From the IMG/VR virus record IMGVR_UViG_3300045988_165656: DNA of 44,805 nucleotides. The stretch is one strand, 5' to 3'. This stretch comes from a virus. Position 1 is the first letter of the stretch. Each line of letters starts with the position of its first letter. Below are positions 18,146-25,526 of the stretch, in pieces. Position numbers and translations under genes: made by a program. The notes under the pieces were generated by a model, which was given only the letters and a program-made list of their open reading frames with translations, searched no databases and was not told the DNA's origin.

Positions 18146-19002
18146 CCGGTTTCATTCGTGTATTTCTTATCGATCCAACCTGTAACCGCTCCATTTTGTT
18201 TTGCACTGATTCTGAATCTGCCATTGATGATTTTTCCATCTGTCACATAGTAGAATCCTGTCAGAACATTCGCTCTTTTCTTGGCATCACTTGATGCGAA
18301 CAGTTCCATGTGGTCCAATTGAATCTTGTAACCTGCTGCAATTTTACTTGTGCTTGCCACGCCGTGTGTAGTAACACTAGCTTTCTTCGTCCAAAATCCA
18401 TTCCTACCAGCTTTCTTGATCGCTGTCGGATAGTCAAAATAGCACTCGTTGATGTCTACATTTCCAGCAATACCATAAACCTTGCCTGTGCTGGATTTCT
18501 GCCAGATACCATACTGACCCGAATATGTGCACTTTGTGTTATACTGAGCAACCCAAACTGCATAACGTTTCCGAATGTCATCAGTGAAGTATGTACTCAA
18601 AAAAGACTTACTCGTGTACAATCCGACCCAATAACCTGCATTCTCAAGAACATCAAAGAACGCTTTCGCAATAGAAGAGCATTTTGCTTTACCAAGTGCA
18701 AACTGTTTCTTTTCCTCGATGTCATAATAGATCGGAAACTCAAACGTCTTACCGGCAATTACCTTCAGGCAAACAGCAGCTTCTTGTTTGGCTTCAGCTT
18801 CACTCATAGCGTAACTGTACCAATATGCTCCACAAGGAATACTATTGGATTTGCATCCTGCATAGTTATTTTCGAATTGCTGGTCTTTCTGTGAAATCTC
18901 TTTGCCGTAACCTGCGCGGATAATGGCAAACTTTACGCCATCTGCTTTCACATGAGACCAATTCACATTTCCTTGATGTTTGGAGACGTCAATTCCTTTC
19001 AT
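18142..19002 (-). CDS. Endolysin: GH25 muramidase with a C-terminal SH3-like wall-binding domain
   Basis: MKGIDVSKHQGNVNWSHVKADGVKFAIIRAGYG is the GH25 N-terminal signature. The C-terminal ~90 aa ends NGRFRISAKQNGAVTGWI. Confidence 0.9.
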   Translation of the reverse strand: MKGIDVSKHQGNVNWSHVKADGVKFAIIRAGYGKEISQKDQQFENNYAGCKSNSIPCGAYWYSYAMSEAEAKQEAAVCLKVIAGKTFEFPIYYDIEEKKQFALGKAKCSSIAKAFFDVLENAGYWVGLYTSKSFLSTYFTDDIRKRYAVWVAQYNTKCTYSGQYGIWQKSSTGKVYGIAGNVDINECYFDYPTAIKKAGRNGFWTKKASVTTHGVASTSKIAAGYKIQLDHMELFASSDAKKRANVLTGFYYVTDGKIINGRFRISAKQNGAVTGWIDKKYTNETG

Positions 19003-19003
19003 G

Positions 19004-19231
19004 TCAATTCTCCTTTTCTAAGTCTTCGATTCGATGATTTGCAACCTTAATTTGCTCCTCATCACGTGTCAATCGTTCTTCGATCTTGAATGTTCTTTCG
19101 ATCAGATTGTTATGCTTGTTCACACGCTTTTCCAATTGTTCAATTCGATATGCTGTCAGCTTATTTCCACCGTAAACAGTCAAAATCGTACCGATCAATG
19201 TAATGACACTTACCGCTATTTCTGTACTCAT
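19004..19231 (-). CDS. XhlA-like membrane protein (lysis accessory)
   Basis: 75 aa with one N-terminal TM helix followed by a coiled coil. Sits between the holin and the endolysin. Confidence 0.6.
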   Translation of the reverse strand: MSTEIAVSVITLIGTILTVYGGNKLTAYRIEQLEKRVNKHNNLIERTFKIEERLTRDEEQIKVANHRIEDLEKEN

Positions 19232-19497
19232 TCTTCTTTTCCTAACTGCTTGTAGATTTGGTTTCCGTAAACTGCTGTACCTGCACAGAGAATCCCCTGC
19301 ACGATTCCAGAGAATATTCCGTCAAGCGATAAACCATAAAGGCTGATCGTATAAAGCGCACTCAGGACGACACCAGATATGCCCAGGAGCATCGGAATAT
19401 ATTTGTTCTTAACCATATCGGCATCACTAAAAATCTTACCAATTACGACTAATGCCGGAATCAGAATCAACATTTCAGGCCGAACATAATCAGTCAT
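19228..19497 (-). CDS. Holin (phi LC3-like family)
   Basis: ATG at 19497 follows SD gaggtg. About 89 aa with multiple TM helices and a charged C-terminus (NQIYKQLGKEE). Confidence 0.7.
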   Translation of the reverse strand: MTDYVRPEMLILIPALVVIGKIFSDADMVKNKYIPMLLGISGVVLSALYTISLYGLSLDGIFSGIVQGILCAGTAVYGNQIYKQLGKEE

Positions 19498-19521
19498 CGT
19501 TATCACCTCATCTCTAATAAT

Positions 19522-19550
19522 ATTATACCGAAATAGTGTCATATTTTACA
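19522..19550 (-). promoter_or_regulatory. Candidate promoter of the lysis-packaging-morphogenesis operon
   Basis: On the minus strand: TGTAAA, 17 nt, TATAAT, about 25 nt upstream of the holin SD. Confidence 0.4.
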
Positions 19551-19578
19551 TATACAGTAAATAACACTAATGTTACAC

Positions 19579-19602
19579 ATGCACATAACTTGTTATGTGC
19601 AT
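19579..19602. promoter_or_regulatory. Perfect 11-2-11 palindrome upstream of the candidate late promoter
   Basis: atgcacataac tt gttatgtgcat. Arms are exact reverse complements. Confidence 0.5.
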
Positions 19603-19664
19603 AAAAAATAAGCCGCTCAGAATCATCTCTGAACGACTTTTATTTTGATTATATAATTTATCGT

Positions 19665-19703
19665 ACACAAAATAAAAGCGCTCCAGAACTAATCTGAAGC
19701 GCT
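19665..19703 (-). terminator. Rho-independent terminator ending the small-gene operon upstream of the lysis cassette
   Basis: Stem agcgctccaga / tctgaagcgct (one mismatch) followed on the minus strand by tttattttg. A weaker second hairpin lies at about 19614-19635. Confidence 0.55.
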
Positions 19704-19710
19704 CTGAGCA

Positions 19711-19899
19711 TTAGTCAATAGATACACCTAAGATTTCAGCTGCATGATAGATAACTTCTTCAAAAGTATCTGCATCGGCATCTTCCTAGTCAGTTTCGAG
19801 CCCTGCACGCTTGCACAGCTCCTTGCAAGCACTCTCGTCCCAATAGTCATACTCATTGATTTCTGCAGCCAGCATTTCATTTGTCCATTCGTCAAACAT
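19711..19899 (-). pseudogene. 62-codon small ORF interrupted by an in-frame TAG at 19786-19788
   Basis: SD agagga lies 8 nt before the ATG at 19899. Reads MFDEWTNEMLAAEINEYDYWDESACKELCKRAGLETD-TAG-EDADADTFEEVIYHAAEILGVSID-TAA. Coding character continues past the TAG. Confidence 0.6.
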
Positions 19900-19951
19900 T
19901 TTTATTTCCTCTTTCTCCCCGTATTGCCGGTAGGTCAGCAGTTTTGGTTTG

Positions 19952-20401
19952 TTAAACTAAAATTCTAAAAGTGCTTCCTCTTTTAGAAATTTTGACAAAT
20001 TCCTTTTTGATGAGATTGTCCCAAATTTCATTTGCAATGAACGACGTTAATTTATCTCGGCTGTCAAAGTCATTCTCATAGATGTTCTCGAGCATTTTGT
20101 CTAAAATTTCTACGGGATAATAACCGTGAAAGCATTTGTGCTCGTTTATCCACTTATTACTCTTGATGCTTTCTAAAGCATCGTTGATTTCTTCTTCGTG
20201 AGATTCTGTTTCTTCAATATCATTGATTCTGAGCTCATTTCCGACTATGTGGGCATTCTTGAAAGTAAACCAGCAATTAAGCGGAGCATATGCCACTTTA
20301 CCAATATAATGAATATTGTGATTATCGTCGTAAATCACAATGATTTGCTGATTTTCTTCGTTGTTTTCTAACATTTTTTCAATGTACTCATTAACAGTCA
20401 T
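19952..20401 (-). CDS. Hypothetical protein
   Basis: ATG at 20401 follows SD ggaggt. The longer ORF-track version overlaps the upstream gene. Confidence 0.5.
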   Translation of the reverse strand: MTVNEYIEKMLENNEENQQIIVIYDDNHNIHYIGKVAYAPLNCWFTFKNAHIVGNELRINDIEETESHEEEINDALESIKSNKWINEHKCFHGYYPVEILDKMLENIYENDFDSRDKLTSFIANEIWDNLIKKEFVKISKRGSTFRILV

Positions 20402-20426
20402 TTTGACTACCTCCATATTCATGTTA

Positions 20427-20621
20427 TTAGAAATTAGCATCAATTTCATCATATTCACGAGTGAGTTTTGCAACTTCTTGAGCAATGCACTGTCTGCGGA
20501 ATCTATTTTTACAAGCGTTACCTTCTTTGGTGAGCTTTTCGATTTCTGCTTTTCTTCTTGTAAGAACTTCGATTTCGTTACCAGCAAGTGCATCTTTCAA
20601 ATCTCTTTCGAATCTTGTCAT
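20427..20621 (-). CDS. Hypothetical small coiled-coil protein
   Basis: ATG at 20621 follows SD gaggta. 64 aa. Confidence 0.5.
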   Translation of the reverse strand: MTRFERDLKDALAGNEIEVLTRRKAEIEKLTKEGNACKNRFRRQCIAQEVAKLTREYDEIDANF

Positions 20622-20676
20622 TTTAACTACCTCAATCTTTCTGAGCATCTGCGCTCTTGTTTTGTTTACAGTTATT

Positions 20677-20712
20677 ATTATACAACAATTGTTGCACTAG
20701 AAATACACTGTT
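20677..20712 (-). promoter_or_regulatory. Member of the reiterated promoter-operator family
   Basis: Minus strand reads ...gtgcaacaattgttgTATAAT, with the CAACAnnTGTTG palindrome abutting the -10. Confidence 0.5.
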
Positions 20713-20743
20713 TTAGTAAATTGATTGTGAACAAAATATAAAA

Positions 20744-20771
20744 AGCCCTCAGAACCAAAATTCTGAGGGCT
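20744..20771 (-). terminator. Rho-independent terminator after the ArpU-like gene
   Basis: Stem agccctcagaa / ttctgagggct, followed by a T-run on the minus strand. Confidence 0.65.
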
Positions 20772-20791
20772 TCATAATGCACAAATGATAT

Positions 20792-21178
20792 TTATAAGAA
20801 CAATTCATAGATTACATCGTCGGCAAAAATGAGATACTTCAATCGGTTTATTAGTCTTCGTTTGTTACGGCTAATCGTTGTTACGGTCGTGTCAAAATAT
20901 TCTGCTACTGCTTCACGAGTCTGATTCTCAAAATATATCATTGGAATAATATCATAGTAGAGATCATCGTATAGTTCCTTCAAGGCATTATCCACAATGT
21001 CGACAAATTTCTTTGCTGTACCATCTTCGCTATATGATTTCTTCAGCTCATTGTAGTTTTTCAGAATCTGTTCAGTTTTCTGAAATGCACTCTGTCGATT
21101 GTCTTTCATTAGTCCCGACATTTTCAACTTGGCGATTGTACAATTCACTGTTTCTTGAATAATTTCACTTACTTCCAC
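20792..21178 (-). CDS. Sigma-70 region-4-like / ArpU-RinA-type late transcription regulator
   Basis: C-terminal IYFENQTREAVAEYFDTTVTTISRNKRRLINRL looks like a sigma region-4 HTH. Likely start is GTG at 21178 after SD gaaggtg (the ORF-track start at 21211 is a TTG). Confidence 0.55.
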   Translation of the reverse strand: MEVSEIIQETVNCTIAKLKMSGLMKDNRQSAFQKTEQILKNYNELKKSYSEDGTAKKFVDIVDNALKELYDDLYYDIIPMIYFENQTREAVAEYFDTTVTTISRNKRRLINRLKYLIFADDVIYELFL

Positions 21179-21180
21179 AT

Positions 21181-21415
21181 TATCACCTTCTTTCACAAAA
21201 TGTGGTGTCAAGTCAGCTTATATAATATATCTATAATAATATATATTCTATTATATATACGTCGAAAAATTTCACCGTCGAAAAAAGTTAACGCTGGAGT
21301 ATATATAAAATGAGCACTTTAAGCTGAATTGCGGAATTGAAACCCCTATTATGCGGTCCCAGTTAGCTTTTCACCGATTCAGCTTAAATCGATTTAAGCT
21401 GACTTTGTTGAATTT
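21181..21415. repeat. Left copy of a diverged inverted duplication of regulatory DNA (partner at 40238-40457)
   Basis: The reverse complement aligns by eye with 40238-40457. Shared blocks are aattcaacaaagtcagc, caattccRcaattcaRcttaaaRYgctcattttatatata, cgtcgaaaaatttc, ataatatatatt, cttgacttgacac and gaaagaagg. Confidence 0.7.
21380..21401. promoter_or_regulatory. Perfect 22-bp palindrome
   Basis: cagcttaaatc|gatttaagctg is an exact reverse-complement pair. It contains two copies of the TTAAGCTG motif that recurs in this gap. Confidence 0.55.
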
Positions 21416-21550
21416 TAAGCTGACTTTTTTTCGCTTATTTTTATATACCTTGCACAAAAATAACGTACTAGGTATCTTCAAATTCGTCACGTAAAAAAAT
21501 AACCAAAATTCACCGTTTTTTTCGCAACTTTTCGTACTATCCCAGGAGCT

Positions 21551-21578
21551 AAAAAGTCAGCTTAGAAGCTGACTTTTT
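21551..21578. terminator. Bidirectional rho-independent terminator after the dCMP deaminase gene
   Basis: aaaaagtcagctt ag aagctgacttttt is a perfect 13-2-13 palindrome with flanking A and T runs, 3 nt after the stop at 21582. Confidence 0.7.
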
Positions 21579-21581
21579 AAG

Positions 21582-21983
21582 TCAACCTGAATTCAACCTG
21601 ACTTTCGCAATGCCTGCATTTTTCATCATTCTTCGACAAATCGGGCAAGGTTCCGCCGCAATCACTTTTCCGTTTTCTTCGCCGTAAAGGTAGAGCGTAG
21701 AGCCAATCATATCCTTGCGAGCAGCCGAGATCATCGCATTCATTTCAGCATGCACGCTTTCGCAGTCACCATAATCACCATCATTGTGCTCATGACCAAG
21801 TCTTTTGCAGGTACCTCCGTCACAACAATTCGCTTCACCTCGAGGTGAGCCATTATATCCTGTTGCGATGATCTCATCATTCTTGACTATCACCGCTCCA
21901 TACTGTCTGCGCGTGCATGTTGATCGCTTACTGACGGCTGCTGCAATGCCAAGATAATATTCTTCGATTGTAGGTCTGTTCAT
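21582..21983 (-). CDS. dCMP (deoxycytidylate) deaminase
   Basis: Zinc motifs VHAEMNA and PCPICRRMM. 133 aa, ComEB/T4-cd-like. Confidence 0.9.
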   Translation of the reverse strand: MNRPTIEEYYLGIAAAVSKRSTCTRRQYGAVIVKNDEIIATGYNGSPRGEANCCDGGTCKRLGHEHNDGDYGDCESVHAEMNAMISAARKDMIGSTLYLYGEENGKVIAAEPCPICRRMMKNAGIAKVRLNSG

Positions 21984-23635
21984 TAGATTTTCTCCAATAC
22001 AGTGTTGCCGACAACGAGTACATCTGTACCACTTGTAATCCAGCTCTTTACTGCTACTTCTGTCGATTCAATGATCGGGTTGTTGTGCAAGTTGAAGCTC
22101 GTATTGATGAGCGCCTTCTTGCCAGTAAGAAGCTGATAGATTGAGAGTACTTTCCAGATGAACGGATCTTCATTCTGAGAGACGATTTGCGGTCTTGCTG
22201 TATGATCTACGTGGCAAGCAGCAGGATAGCTCTCGATGAATTCTGGCGTACAATCGAACGTCATCGTCATATGCTTTGCACTGTCTCTGCCACCATCAAG
22301 CTCCAAGAACAGGTCATCCGCTACTTCTTCGCGGCATACAGGAGCGAAAGGCATAAACTCTGTACGACCAAGCTTGTCATTGAGCCAAGTGTTGGTTTCC
22401 TTCGTGTCGCAATTATACAGAATGCTACGATGGCAAAGAGCACGAGGACCGAATTCCATCTTACCCTTGACGAGGCAAACGATCTTATTTTCACTGAGCA
22501 TCTCTGCGATTGTCCGTGCCAATTCATTATCGTTAGCAATTCTACGGCAAGAATACTTGTCAGACTCACCTACGATCAAACGTTCATTTGCAATTGTGCC
22601 ACATTGATTCGGGCTGATTTTTGCTTCAGGAAGATTGTCAGACAGAATAGCGTATGCTGCACCAATTGCATTGCCTTCGTCTCCCATTGCAGGGCACACA
22701 TAGACGTTTTTGAAGATACCCAATTCTTTGATTCTCTGATTGATTTTGACATTTGCAAATAATCCACCAGACAAATAGCAATTATAGTCATATTCGTCAA
22801 CGTTTTCGTATATCCACTTGCAAACACACTGCTCTGCATATTCCTGAACTGTAGCAGCGATGTCCTCACGTGTTGCTCCTGCTGCTTTCAGATTTTCAAC
22901 GAGCGAATAAGTTGCTTTCTTCAGTTTGAGGAAATCACCGAAATCATAGATGTGAGATTCTTCCACCATCTGTTCTTCTTCCTCTGTCAGAGGTACATTG
23001 CGAGATTCTACTTCCAAAGAATAGAATTCTCTCAAATATTTTGGCTGACCAAATGCTGCAAGGCCTGTGATTTTTCCTTCATGCTTGAGCTCTGTGAAGC
23101 CTAATGCACCGGTCACAAATTGATACACCAAACCAACTGAAGCTCTGAGCGGCAAAGATACGTTGACTTCATCATTACCGTATCGGTAAATGATTCCGCT
23201 GTAACCATCGCCAAAACCATCAGACGTGATGAGATAGTCACCATTTTTTGGATTGTCATAAAATGCGACTGTAGCAAAAGCATGAGCCCAGTGATGAGGC
23301 ACGTGAATGATGTCTTCAAAATCAATTGCCGTATGCTCGCGAAAGTAGTTGCGAATCACATCATGCCAATTGTCACTGTGAAGATTGTATTTTTTACCGT
23401 ACTTCTCCAAATAGTCTGTGCTCATGTTCTCATAGTGAGATACTGCGAGAGCTTCGAAATTGTATACACCAGAGAGCTCACAGCACTTCACAGCCGCATC
23501 GAAAGGAAGCTCTTTGGTATTCTTTTCACCATTCAGACGTTCCTGAGAGATCGCTGCAAGCACTCCTCGTTTGCTAGATACAACGCACGCTGAACTGTTA
23601 TGACTGAATGACATTCCAAGATAAAATTTTTCCAC
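21983..23635 (-). CDS. NodU/CmcH-family carbamoyltransferase
   Basis: 550 aa. N-terminus LGMSFSHNSSACVV...ISQERLNGEKNTKELP and HHWAHAFATVAF are family hallmarks. C-terminal carbamoyltransferase domain is present. Confidence 0.85.
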   Translation of the reverse strand: MEKFYLGMSFSHNSSACVVSSKRGVLAAISQERLNGEKNTKELPFDAAVKCCELSGVYNFEALAVSHYENMSTDYLEKYGKKYNLHSDNWHDVIRNYFREHTAIDFEDIIHVPHHWAHAFATVAFYDNPKNGDYLITSDGFGDGYSGIIYRYGNDEVNVSLPLRASVGLVYQFVTGALGFTELKHEGKITGLAAFGQPKYLREFYSLEVESRNVPLTEEEEQMVEESHIYDFGDFLKLKKATYSLVENLKAAGATREDIAATVQEYAEQCVCKWIYENVDEYDYNCYLSGGLFANVKINQRIKELGIFKNVYVCPAMGDEGNAIGAAYAILSDNLPEAKISPNQCGTIANERLIVGESDKYSCRRIANDNELARTIAEMLSENKIVCLVKGKMEFGPRALCHRSILYNCDTKETNTWLNDKLGRTEFMPFAPVCREEVADDLFLELDGGRDSAKHMTMTFDCTPEFIESYPAACHVDHTARPQIVSQNEDPFIWKVLSIYQLLTGKKALINTSFNLHNNPIIESTEVAVKSWITSGTDVLVVGNTVLEKI

Positions 23636-23647
23636 GATAATTCCTCC

Positions 23648-24118
23648 TCAATATTCGATCCAATGTGATTTGAACCAGTGTGTCCAGTTTCGATCAGTCA
23701 ATTTGGTTTTTACTACTCCGAAACCTACACCGATAGCGTATGACGATTCAATAACCTCTCCGTTTCCAACGTAAATACCAACGTGATTAGGCATGTATAC
23801 CAAAACACCTGCTATATTTGGAATGGTGTCAATTGTTCCATTTTCCGTTGCGAGTTTGAACAGGTCATCGGTTGCAATATCCTCTGACACTTCTGCACAT
23901 TTCTTCACTAGGCCGATACAATCGAAACAATATATGTACCGACCGATGAAGCTTTTAAGATATTCAACAACTGCGTGATTGTAACGTTTTGGGGCAATTT
24001 GGATTCCTTTGTTTATGACTTCTTCGCTGATGATTTCACCAGAAGCTCCCCATACAAACAAAGTGTTGATTTTCTCTAACCGTTTAGCGGTTAGAGCAAC
24101 TTCTCCGCTCGTTCTCAT
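23648..24118 (-). CDS. NlpC/P60-fold (papain-like Cys-His) protein with no signal peptide or wall-binding domain
   Basis: FDCIGLVKKC (catalytic Cys context) and PNHVGIYVGNGEVIESS (His context). 156 aa. Overlaps the ThyX-like stop. Confidence 0.6.
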   Translation of the reverse strand: MRTSGEVALTAKRLEKINTLFVWGASGEIISEEVINKGIQIAPKRYNHAVVEYLKSFIGRYIYCFDCIGLVKKCAEVSEDIATDDLFKLATENGTIDTIPNIAGVLVYMPNHVGIYVGNGEVIESSYAIGVGFGVVKTKLTDRNWTHWFKSHWIEY

Positions 24119-24834
24119 ATAAATTCCTCCATGTACGGTAATTTTTCAACCCATTCGCAGAACGTCCGCCATTCGTCAAGCTTATGGGTCTTTCTCGAAT
24201 GGTACATGTTCAACAGCACTTCATAATTCAATTGTACCGTTGCACGCTGGTTATAACTTGACGGTAAAAGCTGAATCATCTGCCACCAGTATTTTTTATC
24301 TTTTGTTTGTAAATACATATTCTTGTTACTGTTCAATACCGCCACGGTTATTTGTAATAACGAATAAGGGTGTAAAAGTATATCGTATTCACCAACCGAT
24401 AATTTAGCGTGAGTATTACCAGTAGTTTCTAAATGTTCATGCGAAAAATCATCTATAGTAAATTCTTTTTTGTGAATCGTGTGCATCGTTGAACAAGAAT
24501 TGCGAACAGTGCCAACCTTATATGTATCGAATTCCTTCCACCAATATAACGGTGCTGTGATGTCAACTGTCACATTTATCATACGAAGGAATTTTCTATG
24601 GTCTGTACCAGCTTTGACGAGTTTCTTCATCCGAGCAAGGTCATTTTCACCGACAATAAGATGAGCTGTATTTTCATTACAAACGCAACGGTGAACACAA
24701 TTTTTAGGACATTCTTCATCATACCAAGTGTCGCAAAAATCACTATCCGACTTGTCCCAACTGTTCATTGGATTTCTCATTCCACGAATGGCTGCTTCCC
24801 ATCCGTATACTTCATCATTTTCAATTTGAATCAC
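24115..24834 (-). CDS. ThyX-like (flavin-dependent thymidylate synthase family) protein with a divergent substrate motif
   Basis: DHRKFLRMINVTVDITAPLYWWKEFDTYKVGTVRNSCSTMH and LPSSYNQRATVQLNYEVLLNMYHSRK parallel ThyX blocks. The canonical RHRxxSxxxxSxRY motif is altered. Confidence 0.55.
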   Translation of the reverse strand: MIQIENDEVYGWEAAIRGMRNPMNSWDKSDSDFCDTWYDEECPKNCVHRCVCNENTAHLIVGENDLARMKKLVKAGTDHRKFLRMINVTVDITAPLYWWKEFDTYKVGTVRNSCSTMHTIHKKEFTIDDFSHEHLETTGNTHAKLSVGEYDILLHPYSLLQITVAVLNSNKNMYLQTKDKKYWWQMIQLLPSSYNQRATVQLNYEVLLNMYHSRKTHKLDEWRTFCEWVEKLPYMEEFI

Positions 24835-25138
24835 TCTTGACCTCCAAATCTAACGCATCAAGGTCGATGCCATACTCTTTTCGCAAATAGCTGATCGCAT
24901 CATCAGCTGTCACATCTTTCCCGAAAATATCAGGCCAATGAAGAATTTCATTTGCACTTTCTACAATTCGCTCAAGACGTTTCTTGCGCCATCCTAGCGT
25001 TCTTTCTAATGCGATCAAACATATGGCAATACCTTGCTTTGCACCATCTCCCAGCGCAGTCTGAAAGATCTCATCTCTCATTTGTTCATATGCTGCCACT
25101 GAGATTTTTACCGTGTTTCTATCTTTGAGGGTTTTCAC
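24821..25138 (-). CDS. Hypothetical protein
   Basis: 105-aa ORF with a GTG start at 25138, overlapping the ThyX-like start. Confidence 0.4.
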   Translation of the reverse strand: MKTLKDRNTVKISVAAYEQMRDEIFQTALGDGAKQGIAICLIALERTLGWRKKRLERIVESANEILHWPDIFGKDVTADDAISYLRKEYGIDLDALDLEVKSDSN

Positions 25139-25216
25139 TTACAAAATAACACCTCCGAGAATGAAACCGAATACAAAACACACAAATCCGATAAAGGCGT
25201 ACGCCATAACTCTCAT
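25139..25216 (-). CDS. Possible 25-aa hydrophobic peptide
   Basis: MRVMAYAFIGFVCFVFGFILGGVIL exactly fills the gap between two genes. It is short, so support is weak. Confidence 0.3.
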   Translation of the reverse strand: MRVMAYAFIGFVCFVFGFILGGVIL

Positions 25217-25217
25217 G

Positions 25218-25523
25218 TCATTCACCTCTCAATCGTTTTTGAACATATTGGATTGTTTCACACAGTGAATCCAATTCGTCAACAATCTTATCGAACTTTT
25301 TCTGTACTTCGTTTAGATCATCTTCAAAATCGAAACCTAACAATTGATTTGGTGTAACATGGAATTCATTGCAAATTTTTAGAAGCGTCGTTGTGCTAGG
25401 AACGGATTTTTCGCTTTCATAGGTGTAAATTATGTTCTTACTTACTCCCAAGCGTTCTGCGAATTGTTCTCGTGTCAATCCTTCACGTTTACGCAAAATT
25501 TTCAGGTTTTTTGCAAACTTCAT
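25218..25523 (-). CDS. XRE-family HTH transcriptional regulator embedded in the nucleotide operon
   Basis: LKILRKREGLTREQFAERLGVSKNIIYTYESEKSVPSTTTLLKICNEF is a classic Cro/C1-type HTH. Confidence 0.8.
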   Translation of the reverse strand: MKFAKNLKILRKREGLTREQFAERLGVSKNIIYTYESEKSVPSTTTLLKICNEFHVTPNQLLGFDFEDDLNEVQKKFDKIVDELDSLCETIQYVQKRLRGE

Positions 25524-25526
25524 GCT

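Noticed and set aside
20792-21211. ORF-track starts taken at face value (for example 21211, 1441, 2429, 12043, 17868, 19542, 20593, 29039, 39729, 40021, 40435, 41726)
   Set aside because: Several track ORFs begin at upstream TTG/GTG or ATG codons inside the preceding gene or promoter. I trimmed them to the first start with an SD that also respects the upstream stop codon.
19543-21581. tRNA or other structured RNA genes in the larger non-coding gaps (also 40038-40434 and 43869-44044)
   Set aside because: By eye I found no cloverleaf-compatible arms or GTTCRANYC T-loop motif. The hairpins present are better explained as terminators or operators. This was not an exhaustive scan, so tRNAscan-SE or Infernal should confirm.
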